Below are positions 49,390-63,038 of a DNA stretch of 64,000 bases, piece after piece. This stretch comes from Spizellomyces punctatus DAOM BR117. Taxonomy: Eukaryota. The stretch lies in NCBI GenBank assembly GCA_000182565.2, contig KQ257454.1; one strand, 5' to 3'. How positions within the stretch are numbered: the stretch's first letter is position 1; each line of letters starts with the position of its first letter. The notes below the pieces were generated by a model. The model did not search any database, had not been told where the DNA came from, and worked only from the letters and a program-made list of their open reading frames with translations. Both the position numbers and the translations under genes were made by a program.

Positions 49390-50277
49390 TCAAAAGGATG
49401 GTAGATCAAACAATTCAGGTTCAAAATCCTCTAGAGTATTTAGTACCAGGGTGGCACCAATTTCCCTCCCGACGACATTAACCATCTGTTCATCCGGCAC
49501 CCACACCGTATGCATACCCGCAGCATTACCTGCTTCTACACCATTCACGGCGTCCTCAAAAACTAAGCAGGCTTCGGCAATGGGGGCATTCAACGCTTTC
49601 TGGGCCGCAAGAAACAGATCCGGTGCCGGTTTGCCCCGAAGAATGTCTGGATCGTCACCACAAGTCACGGAGGCAAATAGGTCGAAGAGGTGTCGATGAT
49701 TCTGTGTCTTTAGCAGGTATTTTTGGCGGGTTGACGATGTTGCGACGGCGATAGGGATCTTGTGGTGGTGCAGGTGACGGACCAGGCGCTAGAAAGATCG
49801 CCGCGTAAGGCTAGCACCAACGATGGAAACGACAGTCTCATTTCACACCTCGACACCAGGCAGTAACGCACACTCTGGCCACATCTTCTCTTGCATTTCA
49901 GAAGTCTCTAGCAGGTACTCCTCAACGCTCATGGGTAGATTATAAACTTGCACAACAATCTTGGCGCTCTACAAAGGAAGTGACCTGTACTTCAGCCCCA
50001 AGCACATGCTCAGATATGAGTTTTGGCACAAGAGGTTGGTACCTCAAACGACGTTGTCCCCATTAGTCGACTCTTAACATCCCACGTGAAGGTCTTTCCT
50101 GGGGCATACTTGTCGAGAATGGTTTGGGTGACCTTGGTATATATGCTTTCGGTGTCAAGAAGCAGCCCGTCCTAGACCAATATTCGGAGAGCTATTTATT
50201 TTTGAGTAGTAGAGGACGCTTGTTCCGAATAGGCCTACCATGTCGAATATGCAGTGTGTTATAGATCTTTTCAACAT
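49390..50277 (-). CDS. HAD-superfamily phosphatase (pseudouridine-5'-phosphatase/HDHD1-like)
   Basis: ITHCIFDM|DGLLLDTE motif I, IPIAVATSS, GKPAPDLFL, CLVFEDAVNGVEAG and VWVPD. Confidence 0.9.
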
Positions 50278-50440
50278 TTTGGTGCAGTTGCAGAGAAGCG
50301 AGAGCGTTCAGAAAGCCTGATCATTGGGCACCCTTAATGTAAGCGCGTCGATCACTGTTTAATACGGCCGCCACCATCTTGCGACCATCGAAATTGCAAA
50401 GGACCGAATTTAATCCCATCTCCCACAAACACGTTACAAG

Positions 50441-52050
50441 ATGCCTGTCGATTTCCAAACCATTCGTAATAAGTTCATCGAAGCTGGGCAAGGCCATGTT
50501 TTCCAGTTTTGGGAGGAACTTTCAGCTGGAGAACGGGAGGAGCTTCTCGCTAACCTTGCAAAAATCGACGTCGACCGAGTAAATCGAATTTACCACAAAT
50601 CCACGACAACACCACCCAAATCGCAGCTCGCCAAGCTTGAGCCTCTTCCTGAAGCGGCCTTTGCCTCTACCATTGCAGGGACTGGAGCAGCCAAAATTAA
50701 GCATTGGGAGGAGAAAGGACTGAAACTTATTGCCCAAAACAAAGTGGGTGTTATTCTCCTCGCTGGGGGACAAGGTAGGTGCAAATATTTCCTGCAATGC
50801 ATATCGGTCTTCGTGTGTTCTTTTCTATGGGATGCAGTGCTATAAGACGTATTGGGCACGAGCATCTTGAAAGGTCAAAAACTCATATTAATTCTGTCCC
50901 AGGTACTCGCCTCGGATCTTCCGCTCCAAAAGGTTGCTATGATATCGGACTTCCGTCACATAAATCTCTGTTCCAGCTACAGGCTGAGCGCATCTTGAGA
51001 TTACAAAAGGTGGCCGCATCTTACGCCTCTGGAACAGAGGCGATTGTTATTCCTTGGTACATCATGGTTTCCGGACCAACTAAGCAGGCCACCACAACCT
51101 TCTTCAGGGAGCACAACTTCTTTGGTTTGAATCCCGAGAATGTAGTGTTCTTTGAACAGGGAGTGTTACCTGCATTTACAAACGAGGGTAAGATATTTAT
51201 GGAAACAAAGAGTGCCCCAGCCGTGGCACCAGATGGCAATGGTGGAATATATGCTGCGCTTCGTCGGGAGGGTGTCATCGCCGATTTGGAACGTCGTGGT
51301 ATTCCGTACGTGCACACATACTGTGTGGACAACTGCCTCGTCAAAGTAGCGGACCCGGTCTTCATCGGGTACTGCGTGGAACAAAATGCTGATTGTGGAG
51401 CCAAAGCAGTGCCGAAGGCGTCTCCCGAAGAATCGGTGGGCGTCATCTGTCTACGCGATGGTAAATTTGCGGTGGTAGAATACTCGGAAATCGATAAGAA
51501 TTTGGCAGCTCTCCGTAAGGACGACGGAACGCTCGTGTACAATGCTGCAAACATTGCGAACCACTTTTACACCGTTGATTTTCTTCGTCGTGTTGATGCA
51601 TTGGAAGGGGAGCTGGAATACCATATTGCACATAAGAAAATTAAGCACGTGGACCTTGCCACTGGAGAGCAAATTGTTCCTCAGAAGAACAATGGTATCA
51701 AGCTCGAAATGTTCATCTTCGATGTCTTCCCGTTCACCGAACGAATGGCGGTTCTGGAAGTTGCTCGCAAGGAAGAATTTTCTCCATTGAAGAATGCCCC
51801 TGGAAGTGGCAGCGACTCTCCCGAGACTTCGCGCGCGGACATTCTCAGCCAATGTGTGCGGTTTGCGGAAGCCGCTGGAGCTAAGGTTGTTAAAGGTGCT
51901 GGTCAAGACCCTACGGATGTCCCTGTGCTTGAAATTAGCCCGCTAGTATCATACTCTGGAGAGGGTCTCGAAACTCTCAAGCACGCCACCATTACAACTC
52001 CCAAAATATTGGATGGTCCACAGGACGTTCGGGAGATTCATATTGTCTAG
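50441..52050 (+). CDS. UAP1: UDP-N-acetylglucosamine pyrophosphorylase, 2 exons
   Basis: LLAGGQG|TRLGSSAPKGCYDIGLPSHKSLFQLQAERI, APDGNGG, YCVDNCL, VVEYSE, NGIKLEMFIFDVF and EFSPLKN. Confidence 0.96.
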
Positions 52051-52314
52051 TTTTAGTTACTTAGATACACGCGTAGCATCGGATTGGAGGCCAGATCCTC
52101 TCGGGTATGGACACTCATTTTAATCGTGTATGGTATAGTGAACATTAAAAGAGATTTAACAGCGAGATGGCTCGCAGCATAGAATATGAAGGCATTGGGT
52201 TTTTAATTTGCACTCATAGCCATATTCATGAGATCCAATGTAAATTTCATTTGAGTTTCTATGTGTATACATAGCGGGCTGGAGCCGCAGCCTCAAACCA
52301 CTGTCCGGCCACCT

Positions 52315-53038
52315 TCATACTCGTGTCTTTCCACTTTTGTTGAAGAGGGTCTGAATAACAAAAACCTGGAAAAGACTCGTGCCCACCACCATAAGCACTT
52401 CTAAAGTCCCAAACCAAAACAGCCTATTCTGGGTACTTTTCACAGTATCGAAGTTTCTGTTTTCTCGCGTTCGAAAGTACTTTTGCTGCTTTTGAATACC
52501 ACCGAGTGTGTCGCTCAGATTCTCAATACTCTCCTCCAATGGGCGAACTTGCTTCTTAGCGTCCTCTTTCCCACTTAGATCGTGTCCGACCGGAGACGTA
52601 AGGTGGCTCTCGTGTTCGGCAGTGACATCAAAGTCAATAACTTTCTCTGTGAACGTTGACATGCGGTTCGAAAAGCAGAAAGAATGCTCTCCGGGACCGG
52701 ACGCAGAGAATACAAAGTCGCCTTGACGCTCTTTTTGGCCTTGCAAGATTTGCACATTGTTTGGTCCCACTACTTCGTAATCGATATCAAAAGAACCTCC
52801 AGACTGAACCTAAGTTACGAATGGAGTGCAGATCGTGTCAAACAGAGCACACAATGGAAATCACACCGTGTGTTCAACGTACCGCAAAATAGAACGCAAT
52901 CTTCTCGCCGGCACTTTTGGCCGCAGTATAAAAACATGCACGCTCATGTGGGTCCATTTTGTAGGTCAGCGTCGTGGCGCTGGCTCCCGCTATGAGCACG
53001 AAGAAGCCTGCTATGGCTGCAGTTATGTTCGCCTTCAT
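52315..53038 (-). CDS. p24/EMP24/GP25L cargo receptor (Erp3-like), 2 exons
   Basis: Signal peptide, TLTYKMDPHERACFY, VQSGGSFDIDY, HSFCFSNRMSTFTEK, YFRTRENRNFDTVKST and a C-terminal TM segment. Confidence 0.92.
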
Positions 53039-53568
53039 GGTGGAACAGGAGCTTGTGACGGGGCAGATTGAAGGGCCAGATGGGCAGGCGAAGGTACCAC
53101 ACTCGTGTATTTGCAGCTACTTCAATTAGTGGGTGGCTTAGTGGTGCTTAGCTGGGTGATCGTCTGGTAATTGTGCTCCGACAGTGTGTGTGTGCTGTCG
53201 CAAGTCAGAGTATTGTGCGCATAACACCAAACACAACGCATCATGTGAAGGATGGGCATGAATTCATCCACAAAATATCTGTAATCCATTGTGATATACG
53301 ATTCCTTCAGATCTGAGGGATGACAACTTTCACAGATCAAGGCTACCACGGCGATTAGGACAAAGAGACACGACGTAGAAATGGGCAACGGAATGCACAT
53401 AGAGGTTGCTGTCGCCTGCTGTTTGCAAAGCAGCCATTCTCATCCGTAGCTAGCTATAGCCATGTGAGGCTTGAGGCTTACCTCATCATTGGACGAACGC
53501 GAGGTTTGTCCCAATTGTCTTCCTGGCTGAAGTATAGCGCCCGCCCCTACACGGCAGCAGAAGGGGCT

Positions 53569-54429
53569 ATGACGGGACTTTCGTATCAGCAATCTCCAGC
53601 ATCTTTTGACGCGAAGGATGTTGGTAATACTCTGATCTATCCAAGGGCATCAAAGCGTTCCCGCCCCGGATCTTATCATCAAAAAGGAAATACGGAAGTA
53701 GATCCGTTGATACGGGAGCTAGAGGAGCTATTGAAGGAGTCCAACGTACCAAATCTCACTAAGAAATCCCTGGCTCCTAACGCTCATGATCAACCTGCGG
53801 TCCCGCGTCGACCAACTACACCATCCGCGAATCTGTCTCATCCTCCCCTTTCCGAACCGCACCAACCAACAGCTCTCATCTCCGCTCGTCTTCTGTTTCT
53901 CCTGAAAGCTCATTTGAAGACCTTAACGCATGCTACAAAATCACAGGCATCCCAGATCAAATCTCTGGAATCTGCACTCAGAGCATCTCAAAGTAGGGAA
54001 AATGCCCTTCAAACGTCATTGGAATCATGTCAACTGGACTCGGCAAAATCGATCGCAAATCTCCAAAACCAGATCCGGAATTTGAATCGGCAGCTTGTCA
54101 GCGTTAAGGGACAAGCGGCCAAGGAGTTGCGTGCAAAGTGTCGAGCATTGGAGCTGGATCTCTTTAGAGAACGTGCGGGGAGGACGAAGGTCGCAGTCGA
54201 GCTGGACACGGTTGTTGAGAAGGAGCGAAAGGAGAGACAACAGTTGGTATTGCTTTTGGTTAATCAACTGGAGAAAATGAGCAAGATTCAGCATAAGCAG
54301 GAATTCAAAGAAGCTGAGAATGAACAGCTAGGGTTTTTGTATAAACATGCTAACGAGCGGATATGTCAGACACAGCAACATCTGCAGCAATTGACCCTAA
54401 CACTGCGACAATCATTGACTGGTCAATAA
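53569..54429 (+). CDS. Hypothetical coiled-coil protein (intronless)
   Basis: Uninterrupted ORF of about 286 codons from the first ATG. The C-terminal half is heptad-like and Leu/Glu/Gln/Lys-rich. No recognised family. Confidence 0.6.
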   Translation: MTGLSYQQSPASFDAKDVGNTLIYPRASKRSRPGSYHQKGNTEVDPLIRELEELLKESNVPNLTKKSLAPNAHDQPAVPRRPTTPSANLSHPPLSEPHQPTALISARLLFLLKAHLKTLTHATKSQASQIKSLESALRASQSRENALQTSLESCQLDSAKSIANLQNQIRNLNRQLVSVKGQAAKELRAKCRALELDLFRERAGRTKVAVELDTVVEKERKERQQLVLLLVNQLEKMSKIQHKQEFKEAENEQLGFLYKHANERICQTQQHLQQLTLTLRQSLTGQ

Positions 54430-54695
54430 AATAACAATATCATGGAGCGACATTTCTGAGCTCACATCCATTTCTATTCTGGAAGAACGGACATTCTTCC
54501 GCCCACATCCCTTTCTTGAAAACTATCCCTTGCATTTTCTTTTTGCGATCGTCATAGTCTGTTGCCCTTTCAGCAGCATTCTCTATGCCGTCATCCATGC
54601 GATTATAAACACAAAAGTATACAACGAACAACAGTACCCCTCCCTCCATCTTTACCTCCTCCTAACTAGTGCCCCATGCAATATACATAAATAGG

Positions 54696-57600
54696 TCATC
54701 CCGAAACCAACAATCGTGGAGCAATATTCATTGCCATTAACTCCTGGAACAGTAGCTTGGCAGCATACGGTATATGCAACTGTGATATCTCCGTCGTATT
54801 TTGGCAGGATCGGCATTCGTATTTGTTACGTTTAAGATCTGCAATCACCATGAGACCGCAACGGTCGCAAACATGAACACGATAGGCGTCTGATGCATCA
54901 AAAAGACGTTCCTATGCGAAGCAAAAACATCAGGTTGACCATAGAACTGTTTGACCAAGAAGACGATAGGTTACCTTCAAGAACTGTGCAGCTCCATGAG
55001 CAATGAAACAATCACGTTCCATCTCTCCAAACCGTAGACCTCCATCACGGGAACGACCCTCCACCGGCTGCCGGGTCAAAATCTGCACGGGCCCACGTGC
55101 ACGACTGTGAATCTTGTCATCTACCATATGCTTCAGCCTCTGGTAGTATGTCGGTCCAAAGAAAACTTGCGCTTGCAGCTTCCGGCCAGTGTGTCCATTG
55201 TACAATACTTCAAAACCGCGCTTTTGGTACCCAAACTGCTCCAACGCCCTCGATATCTGGTCAACTGTAAGATCGGTGAATGGCGTCGCATCGCCTTCCA
55301 CACCGGTCAAGGTTGCGAGTTTGGATAACAGACATTCGACCAAATGCCCAATTGTCATACGTGATGGAATAGCATGTGGATTGATAATCAAATCCGGACT
55401 TATACCTTCCGCTGAGAAAGGCAGGTCCTCTTGCCGATATGTTATACCTACAGTACCCTTCTGACCGTGACGTGACTGTGCGGTTGCATAAATTTTAAGT
55501 CAAACAATTTGATAGCTTAACACAGCACCGGCGGCGATACTCACAGCAAACTTATCACCCATCTGCGGCACACGAACGGAACGAACGCGGACTTTGACAA
55601 ATTTAAATCCTGCCTCGTTTGTAGTTACATTACCCGATCAATAATGCCGTTTTCCGTACTCTTCAGCGGAGTAGATGCATCCCGTTTGGTGTGAGCTGCG
55701 GTACGCTGACCCATCTCAGCGCTGTCTTCTTTGATTGGCACAGTTTTTCCGATAATGATATCCTCGCCGCCGACTCTGACGCCCGGTGCGATTAGCCCAT
55801 CGTTGTCCAGCTTTTCATACGTTCCATGCTTAAGCCGCAGACAGCTGTCCCTTGACGGCTTTTCGAACGTTTCACTGGCCATCATTCCGACCTTCTTCTC
55901 GGTGTCCATGTACACTCGATAATACATACTTCTAAAAAGTCCTCGATCAATGGAGCTTTGACTCATGATCAGGGAATCTTCCTGATTGTAGCCGGAGTAC
56001 ACAGCAATAGCCACAACCGCATTTTGACCAGCAGGTAGTTCTCGGAAATGCATGAACTCCATAGCACGGGTAGTCGCAAGCGGCTTTTGCGGGTAGAACA
56101 GAATGTTTGCCATTGTGTCCATACGGATTTGATAGTTTGTGAGGAAAATGCCCATAGCCTGTTTACCCATAGCTGACTGATAGGTGTTACGTGGAGACTA
56201 CAAGAAACCAGATCAGTTCCTGTCAAATGCATGAAAGTATATTGCCCACTTACTTGGTTATGATCCGGAAACGGAATAATACTAGCGCAAATGCCAAGGA
56301 TCATGCTAGGATGAATCTCACAATGCGTGTAATTTCGCGCATATACAGCATTGGATCTCAAACGTGCGAATNNNNNNNNNNNNNNNNNNNNNNNNNNNNN
56401 NNNNNNNNNNNNNNNNNNNNNNNNNNNNNNNNNNNNNNNNNNNNNNNNNNNNNNNNNNNNNNNNNNNNNNNNNNNNNNNNNNNNNCTTCCGTATCCAGAT
56501 ATTCCACCACCCTTCTTCAAGCAGATAATTCCAGTCACACTGCCGCATTTGGGTGTCGGGCTAGGCAATTAAAATTTAGCTCAGTGATTACGGGCAAACA
56601 CATCTATGATGTCTTCTTACATCAGTCTTTGTTTTCAAAGCAATTTCCTTGGTCAAGGAGAGTGTCTGATCCTCTTCTACAATGAACAAAGGACGTGATA
56701 TACGTCCCCCATCAGTGTAAAGACGTAGTTCCTTATCCGCAACGTCTCGAACAATTGATAACTCCGGAGTTACGTCTACATTTCTTCGCAAGTTCCTCAA
56801 AGTCTTGACTAATGTATCTGGATCATCATGAATACCTAGCCATTGACCATTGACAAATACTTTCGTGGCTTTGGGAATTCGATCTGGTGTAATTTCCTCC
56901 AAATTTTCCATATTGAACTCGTTCAAGAAATCAAGAATCGGGGCCACCGAATGTCCAACAGTCACATAAGACATCAATGACAAGTTCTTGACAAGACCAC
57001 AAGCCTGTCCCTCGGGGGTTTCGGCTGGGCATACCTATAAGGTTCCGGTAAAGAAGTTTATAAATTAACTATTTCTGATAGTATTTATCTCCTACCCTCT
57101 TCATTAGCTGTTCTTACATACCATACCCCAGTGGGTGTTATGCAGCTGACGGGGCTTGGCCAATTTCCCGTCTCGCCCTATCGGTGTGTTCAAACGACGT
57201 AGATGCGACAAGGTTGACGCATAGGTATATCGGTTGAGTACTTGACTGACACCCGCGCGTGCTTGCATGAATTTTTTTTGGTCGCCCCAGTTACCAGTAG
57301 CAAGAGAATACTGCAGCCCTCTCGTTATGGTACCGCCCTTAATTGCCATTGTCAAGTTGAACTCGCCGCGTGAGTCTACCACTTTTCTTGTATATCTGGT
57401 CACGTCATTCGTAAGCTTCCTAAAGAGCATCCGGAACAGCCCACTAAGTAGTGGACCAGCTAGATCCAGACGCTTCTTTCCGAAGTGATCACGATCGTCG
57501 AGTTCACGTCGCTCCAACGCCGCCAGCAGCAGTCGGTGAATCATGTAACCAAAGAAGAACGCCTTCCGTGTCTGATGATGCGCGCTAGTGCTTACATGAG

Positions 57601-59085
57601 GAAGCATCTCCTTTTGCAGAATGTCGGCAGCATATCTGGCGAACGCTATGTCAATCGTGTGTTCCCAATCTAAAGTAAAACATACCTCCTCTCACCTTAG
57701 ACGCTTATCTCTGGTGACACCTATCGTAGTTCCTCTTCTCCCGATATAGTCCAAGGCAATATCCCTATCCTGAATTACGAACGCTTCTTCAATTGATGGT
57801 TTCAATAGCTCCAGCATTTCGCGGTCATTGAAATCGTAGCAAATCTGGGCAAGAATATCCCGATCTGTAATGGAGCCCAAGGCTCGGAACACTACCATAA
57901 TCGGAATATCGGATTTGATATAAGGTAGAGATGTGCGGATGACGTGTCCTGATGTCTACCATGTATCATGAATTTTTAACATATTTAAAGCATAAGGACC
58001 AACAGAACCGCCATAGGACGACTTACCCCTTTTCCTCCCTTCGCAAGCATTTTAATGAATAGCGTGGACGCTAATTTCGATCCTTTTTCTGGCTGACTTC
58101 TAATTTCTGCACTGAATAAATATGGTGCTGGCTGTGCTTTGGCAAAGACGTAGACGGTGTTTGTAGCCATCCGTTCTTGGGCGATAAGGACTTTCTCGGA
58201 ACCATTAATCACGAAGTAACCACCCTAACGCAGCATGAAGATTAGTATCTACCAATGACACAATGAAACCGATGTAACACCAACCTGATCATATGGACAC
58301 TCTCCAACAGATTGCACATCAAATCCTTCCACATCGTTTGCTCGCAGCAAGTCAGTCAAACTGCAATAGCTCGATCGCAACATAATCGGAACTTTTCCAA
58401 TGAAGACTTTGTCCCAATCACTTTCCGCATGCTCCACTTCCCAATACATATCTGCTGCCGAAGTAACATCCTGATTTAGGGGATTTGCTGGGTCTGCTAT
58501 TTCCACCTTCTTTCGCATGTCCACATATAACGGGGCAGAATACCTAGATTAAAGGAGCGGTCAACACCCGAAGTGAGAAGCACGCCTCGAGTCAGCGCAT
58601 ACGTCAAGTTTCGCAAGCGGGCCTCCTGTGGGTAAAGTTGCTTTGTTTCTCCTTCAGGTTCCGAGTGCGTTGGCTTACTGAGGTAAATTTGGCCGAACTG
58701 GATCGAATATCGTCTCTGGTACAAAACGAATATATCAACAGGAGGCGCACCCAACATCATGACAGAGAGTTGTACTTTACCGTGACATCGCTATGCGTGC
58801 CGCTGTGCTGACCCTGAGTAATGATTTGAAACTCTCCATTCTCACTGACGATCTCTTGGATTGTATTTTGCACGAACTCGTCGAATGAGTCCAGCTGTTG
58901 CCGCACTAGACCCTTGTCATCGAAGTATGTTTCTATAACTCCCCAGCAATCCTCTTGTGTAATCTCATCGCTGAGTAGTCCGGCTATTCAACAAGACAAG
59001 AACCTGAATCAGGAAGGACCGCACGAACCACTCAAGACACCCACTTGATCTCACCATCATAATCATAGGAAGGGTTCATCATCAT
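54696..59085 (-). CDS. RPB2: RNA polymerase II second-largest subunit, multi-exon, spans an assembly gap
   Basis: [103 protein letters not shown] and [16 protein letters not shown]. Confidence 0.97.
56372..56485. other. Assembly gap (114 N) within RPB2
   Basis: Run of N characters. Confidence 1.
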
Positions 59086-60019
59086 GAAAAAGAGACAAGC
59101 GGGATGGATGGTAAAGTGGAGAACAACAAGTAATCTATTCAAGTCTTTGAAGGAGATGTTACGATCCTCGCCACCACGCGATCAAAACGTATGGGCCAGT
59201 ACTGCACCAATTCAGGAAAGAATAGCACAGAGGCCGCTGGAAAATCAGCAGTAATCAGCAGCAAGGGTAAAGTCGGCAGTTCAAAACGACGGTGCTGACT
59301 ACTCCTTGCAAGATGAATGGTATCTAAAAATCATGAATTGTTAGTCAAAGGCACTTCATGAAGGTCGGCGGTAACAGGCCCGGCCCCTCAACTGTCGTCA
59401 ACTCACGGAAGACCACCACTCGCAGGTTCAGTAAATGCCAAATCAACCTCGTCCAAGCACACTATTGACTGAACGCTGGTTGGGTCAAGGAGATCTGTCA
59501 CAATCTCACCAACAGTTTCGAGCTGCAACCTGACCTGCAACTGCATGGCAATCATGATCCCAACATCCGTCACGTGAGAGTATCACGTGCCAAACAGCTT
59601 CAACCCAGCGTAGGAAAGGCTAAATATAGGGGAAATTCTGAAAAAGCTTAAAGATGAAATAGCTGTGCACAATCGTACGCCTACGGATATTGATGATCTC
59701 TTAATAGAAAGGTAAACTTGAAGGCGATTTGTTTACGGCCAGCTGCAATATGAGCCAGTATAAACAATCATCGCTTGTAAATAAAAGTAAAAAGTGATCG
59801 AGTATTACCTCAGGGTCGTCCCACGCGTCCCCGTATTGACACTTTGACAGCTGTGGACGAGATCTAGTGGGTGTCCCCAGTTCCGCCCCGAGAGGGCAAT
59901 CTGTTCCAAACATTACCCTCTAAGCAGTGCCAGTCTGTCATTCCTGTTGCTTACAGTTCACAAGGCAGGACCGACGGAGAATTTTGCCTTGTTTCTCCTC
60001 AGGTCTTCACTTGAAGGAC

Positions 60020-61844
60020 ATGACTGGCGGCGACAATAAATATGGAGAGGGGTCCTCTTCCTCAAATCCTGCCGAGCAGTCCACCTCAACCTCTTCCTCC
60101 TTCCTTTTTCCAGCTCCTCCCCGAACACCCAGAAAGCGAAGACGTTCAGAAGTCGACGAGGATTTTACAAAGCGCGGTCGCTTCGACCGATTTGTCGCAT
60201 CGAGTATAAGTCCTCACGCAACTCCAGAACTAAGGAGTGCCTTTAGACACAATACTAGGCGTATGTACTATTGCGGCATTTGTCGTTATGTCGAATAATT
60301 CGGCTCTTTTGCTTACCTACCGAGAACTCCAAGCAGCCGACTCTCCCACTCGCTGGTCGGGAGCATCTGTGGCATTTCCAACGCCGAGCACGAGCAGCAG
60401 TAGTAATAAGGGCTCACCTTATGCGGAGGCTCTCGGGCTCGGTGGAGAAGGTAGATTCTTCCGTCATGGACCGTCCCCCACACCGCAACAGAAAACGGAC
60501 GCTGAACTAACTTGGGAGCGACTCCGAATAACGCCAACGAAGCAAAGTGATAGCTCTATCCCACATACACCTCGTAGTATCAGAAAAGAGCAGCGAGTCA
60601 TTCCGCGACTTCCAGAGAGGGTTTTGGATGCTCCTGGCCTGAAGAATGATTACTATATCAATGTCCTGGATTGGTAGGTCCACTCTGTCAAAGCATGTTA
60701 AATTAACAATGTCACCAACCTGTAGCATACATGTAGGTCCGCTAACAACATTCTAGCTGTTGGATTGAACAACAAGGTTTATCTGTGGGATGCGGTAAAG
60801 TCAATCATGGTTAACGTCCTGTCGCAATGTCTTGCGCTGACGCTTAGCGGGTACCAGGCAACGACTGCTATTCATTGTATATGGACAGTCGAAGAGCCAG
60901 ACTACGTAACCGCGTGCGTCTTTTCCCCATGTGGACTTCGAATTGCGGTTGGATCAGAGGAGGGTCGCTGCGAGATTTTTTCTGTTCCTCGTCACAACTT
61001 TAAAGCTGGCAAATGTAAAGCTCGAATTCGTCATAGGAATGGTCTGGCAGCTGCTACCTGGTGTCAGAAGGACCATAGTCTGCTTTTGACTACAGGAGAC
61101 AAACTTGGAGTGATCAGAGTATACAGTACATCTGTACGACGTCCAAACGACCCACATCCCTCGCGAACACATTGTGAGCTGTTACGAGAATGGGCACATA
61201 CACATTCTGATCGCATTGTCGGGCTGCAATGGTCATCGGACAATCGTACGCTCGCTAGCGGAGGTAATGACAATTTGGTTTGTTTATGGCAATTAGAGCG
61301 AACCGAAAATCCCAAAAAAATCATCCGGGACCACACATCCGCTGTACGAGCCTTAGCGTGGTGCCCATGGAATCCTGAGTTGCTTGCTACAGGTGGAGGC
61401 CTAGAGGATCGAAGAATACGTGTTTACAATGCTAGTGGTAGGTCTGAGCAGATAACATTGGCCGCATTGCTTAGTGTACTTGTGATAAGCGACTGAACTA
61501 CATTCTTAGGGGAGAAAAAAACAGAAGTAGAAACGGGATCTCAAGTGTGCACCGTCCATTGGTCCAAGGGCTATAGGGAGCTGATTTCATCCCATCACAC
61601 TACAGGAGATCAGCTCATCATCTGGAGTTGGCCGAGCATGAGGGAAATCGCACGATTACCTGGACACTCATCTCGCCCTTTGTTCTTCGCCATGAGTCCA
61701 AATGGCGAAACGATAGTGACAGGAGCCGGCGACGAAAACCTCAAATTTTGGAAGTGCTTCCAATTGCAGGACGGGCAGAGACTACTGAAGGGCCCTGAAC
61801 AGGACATAGAAGAGTATAGGCGACGGGCGTCAGATGTTCGTTGA
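60020..61844 (+). CDS. Cdc20/Fizzy-family WD40 APC/C activator (divergent)
   Basis: C-box-like [81 protein letters not shown] and terminal VR. Confidence 0.9.
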
Positions 61845-62162
61845 GGCCTCCACCGGCCTGAGACACGCCGCAGCAGTGATGGATTGTATAGTGTATAGTT
61901 TATGCAGAAGGCAGTTTTTAATCTTAATGGTAAATAGATCTGTTGCTAAATAAGTGGGAACCGCAAGATATTTCATGCTTGGCGTGCATCGAATGAGCAT
62001 CGGCGTTTGTTTACTCAAATGAGCAGCAAATCGACCTCTGCTCGTCGCCAACGGAACTGTACGTGTAATTTTGATCAAGTCATGGATAAGGCATCCTTAA
62101 ATATATTTACACAAAACCACGACACTGCTGGGTCCCATACTCGAGTATCTGCTCCAATACCG

Positions 62163-62894
62163 TCAGTAGTAATATACTCCGAAAGCTACGTTCGCGTTAG
62201 TTCACGGGAATTCCGTTCCTAAAAATGCAATCGTACTTACCCACGGCCACACAAAACAGAGAATCCTACAATCCATTACAAGAAAAGCGTCAAGATTGTA
62301 CATGCAGCATATGAGTCCCAGTGGCTCACTCACATTGATGAACGTGTCTTGAGCCACGTTGTCAGTATCCGCATCCCAGAAACAGCGACATCCCATCCTA
62401 CATGCAAAGTCCCGAACTAAATACCATCTCTGCCGGCTCGCTGTGCTTGCATCACCTTCTTACCTCACCCCTTCACCCCTCATTTCCCCAATTACCACAT
62501 TAACAAGGTATTTGTATCTGGGTAAGTCGAGTTCTGGGCACATAAGGATGAGCGAGATCACACAGAGAGGTCACACTATTAGTAGCTGACTGACCTTTTA
62601 GTCGATTTTTTATCTCATCTGCTATTTCTCGCGTCCATTGTGAGCAAGTGTCTGGATGATATGTCGCACCAGTTAGTCGATCCGCAAGTATCTGATGTAT
62701 GAGTTTTGTGACGATCGCTGGTCGAAACCTGCACAACGATACGCTCATTAGACTCCGTGTGAAACCTGTAAGCTCCTAGTGTGTTTTACACACGGCGAGC
62801 ACACTAGTATCGGCCGCTCTTACACGTACTTTTGTTTGAAGTTGGGCCGAATGCTATATACTGCGCTGTCGTCAGCCGGCTTGTCCGTCATCAT
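62163..62894 (-). CDS. TCTEX1D2: Tctex-type dynein light chain, TCTEX1D2/DYNLT2B-like
   Basis: YSIRPNFKQKFRP, IADEIKNRLKELDLPRYKYLVNVVIGEMRGEGVRMGCRCFWDADTDNVA and SLFCVAVAFGVYYY*. Confidence 0.88.
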
Positions 62895-63038
62895 TTTCAG
62901 TCAACGTCGCTGGGCAAAACACGCCAACGCTGTAGTAAGCGTCAATTGCGCCTCGACACGTGAGTTCATTTGGATGGCTTAGTAACTGCACCCACAGTAG
63001 CTAACGCACCTTACCTTGTGCCAGAGATCAGAGGAAGG

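Noticed and set aside
56486..56520. Apparent frameshift in RPB2 (WNYLLEEG then VVEYLDTE in another frame)
   Set aside because: One extra G in the GGG run at about 56510-56512 restores the conserved frame. It lies about 25 bp from an assembly gap in an essential gene, so sequencing error is far likelier than pseudogenisation or programmed frameshifting.
54696..59085. Possible intein in RPB2 (inteins are known in some zoosporic-fungal RNA polymerase subunits)
   Set aside because: Conserved motifs are contiguous apart from short introns. The 114-N gap roughly equals the missing native segment, and no intein or homing-endonuclease motifs are visible.
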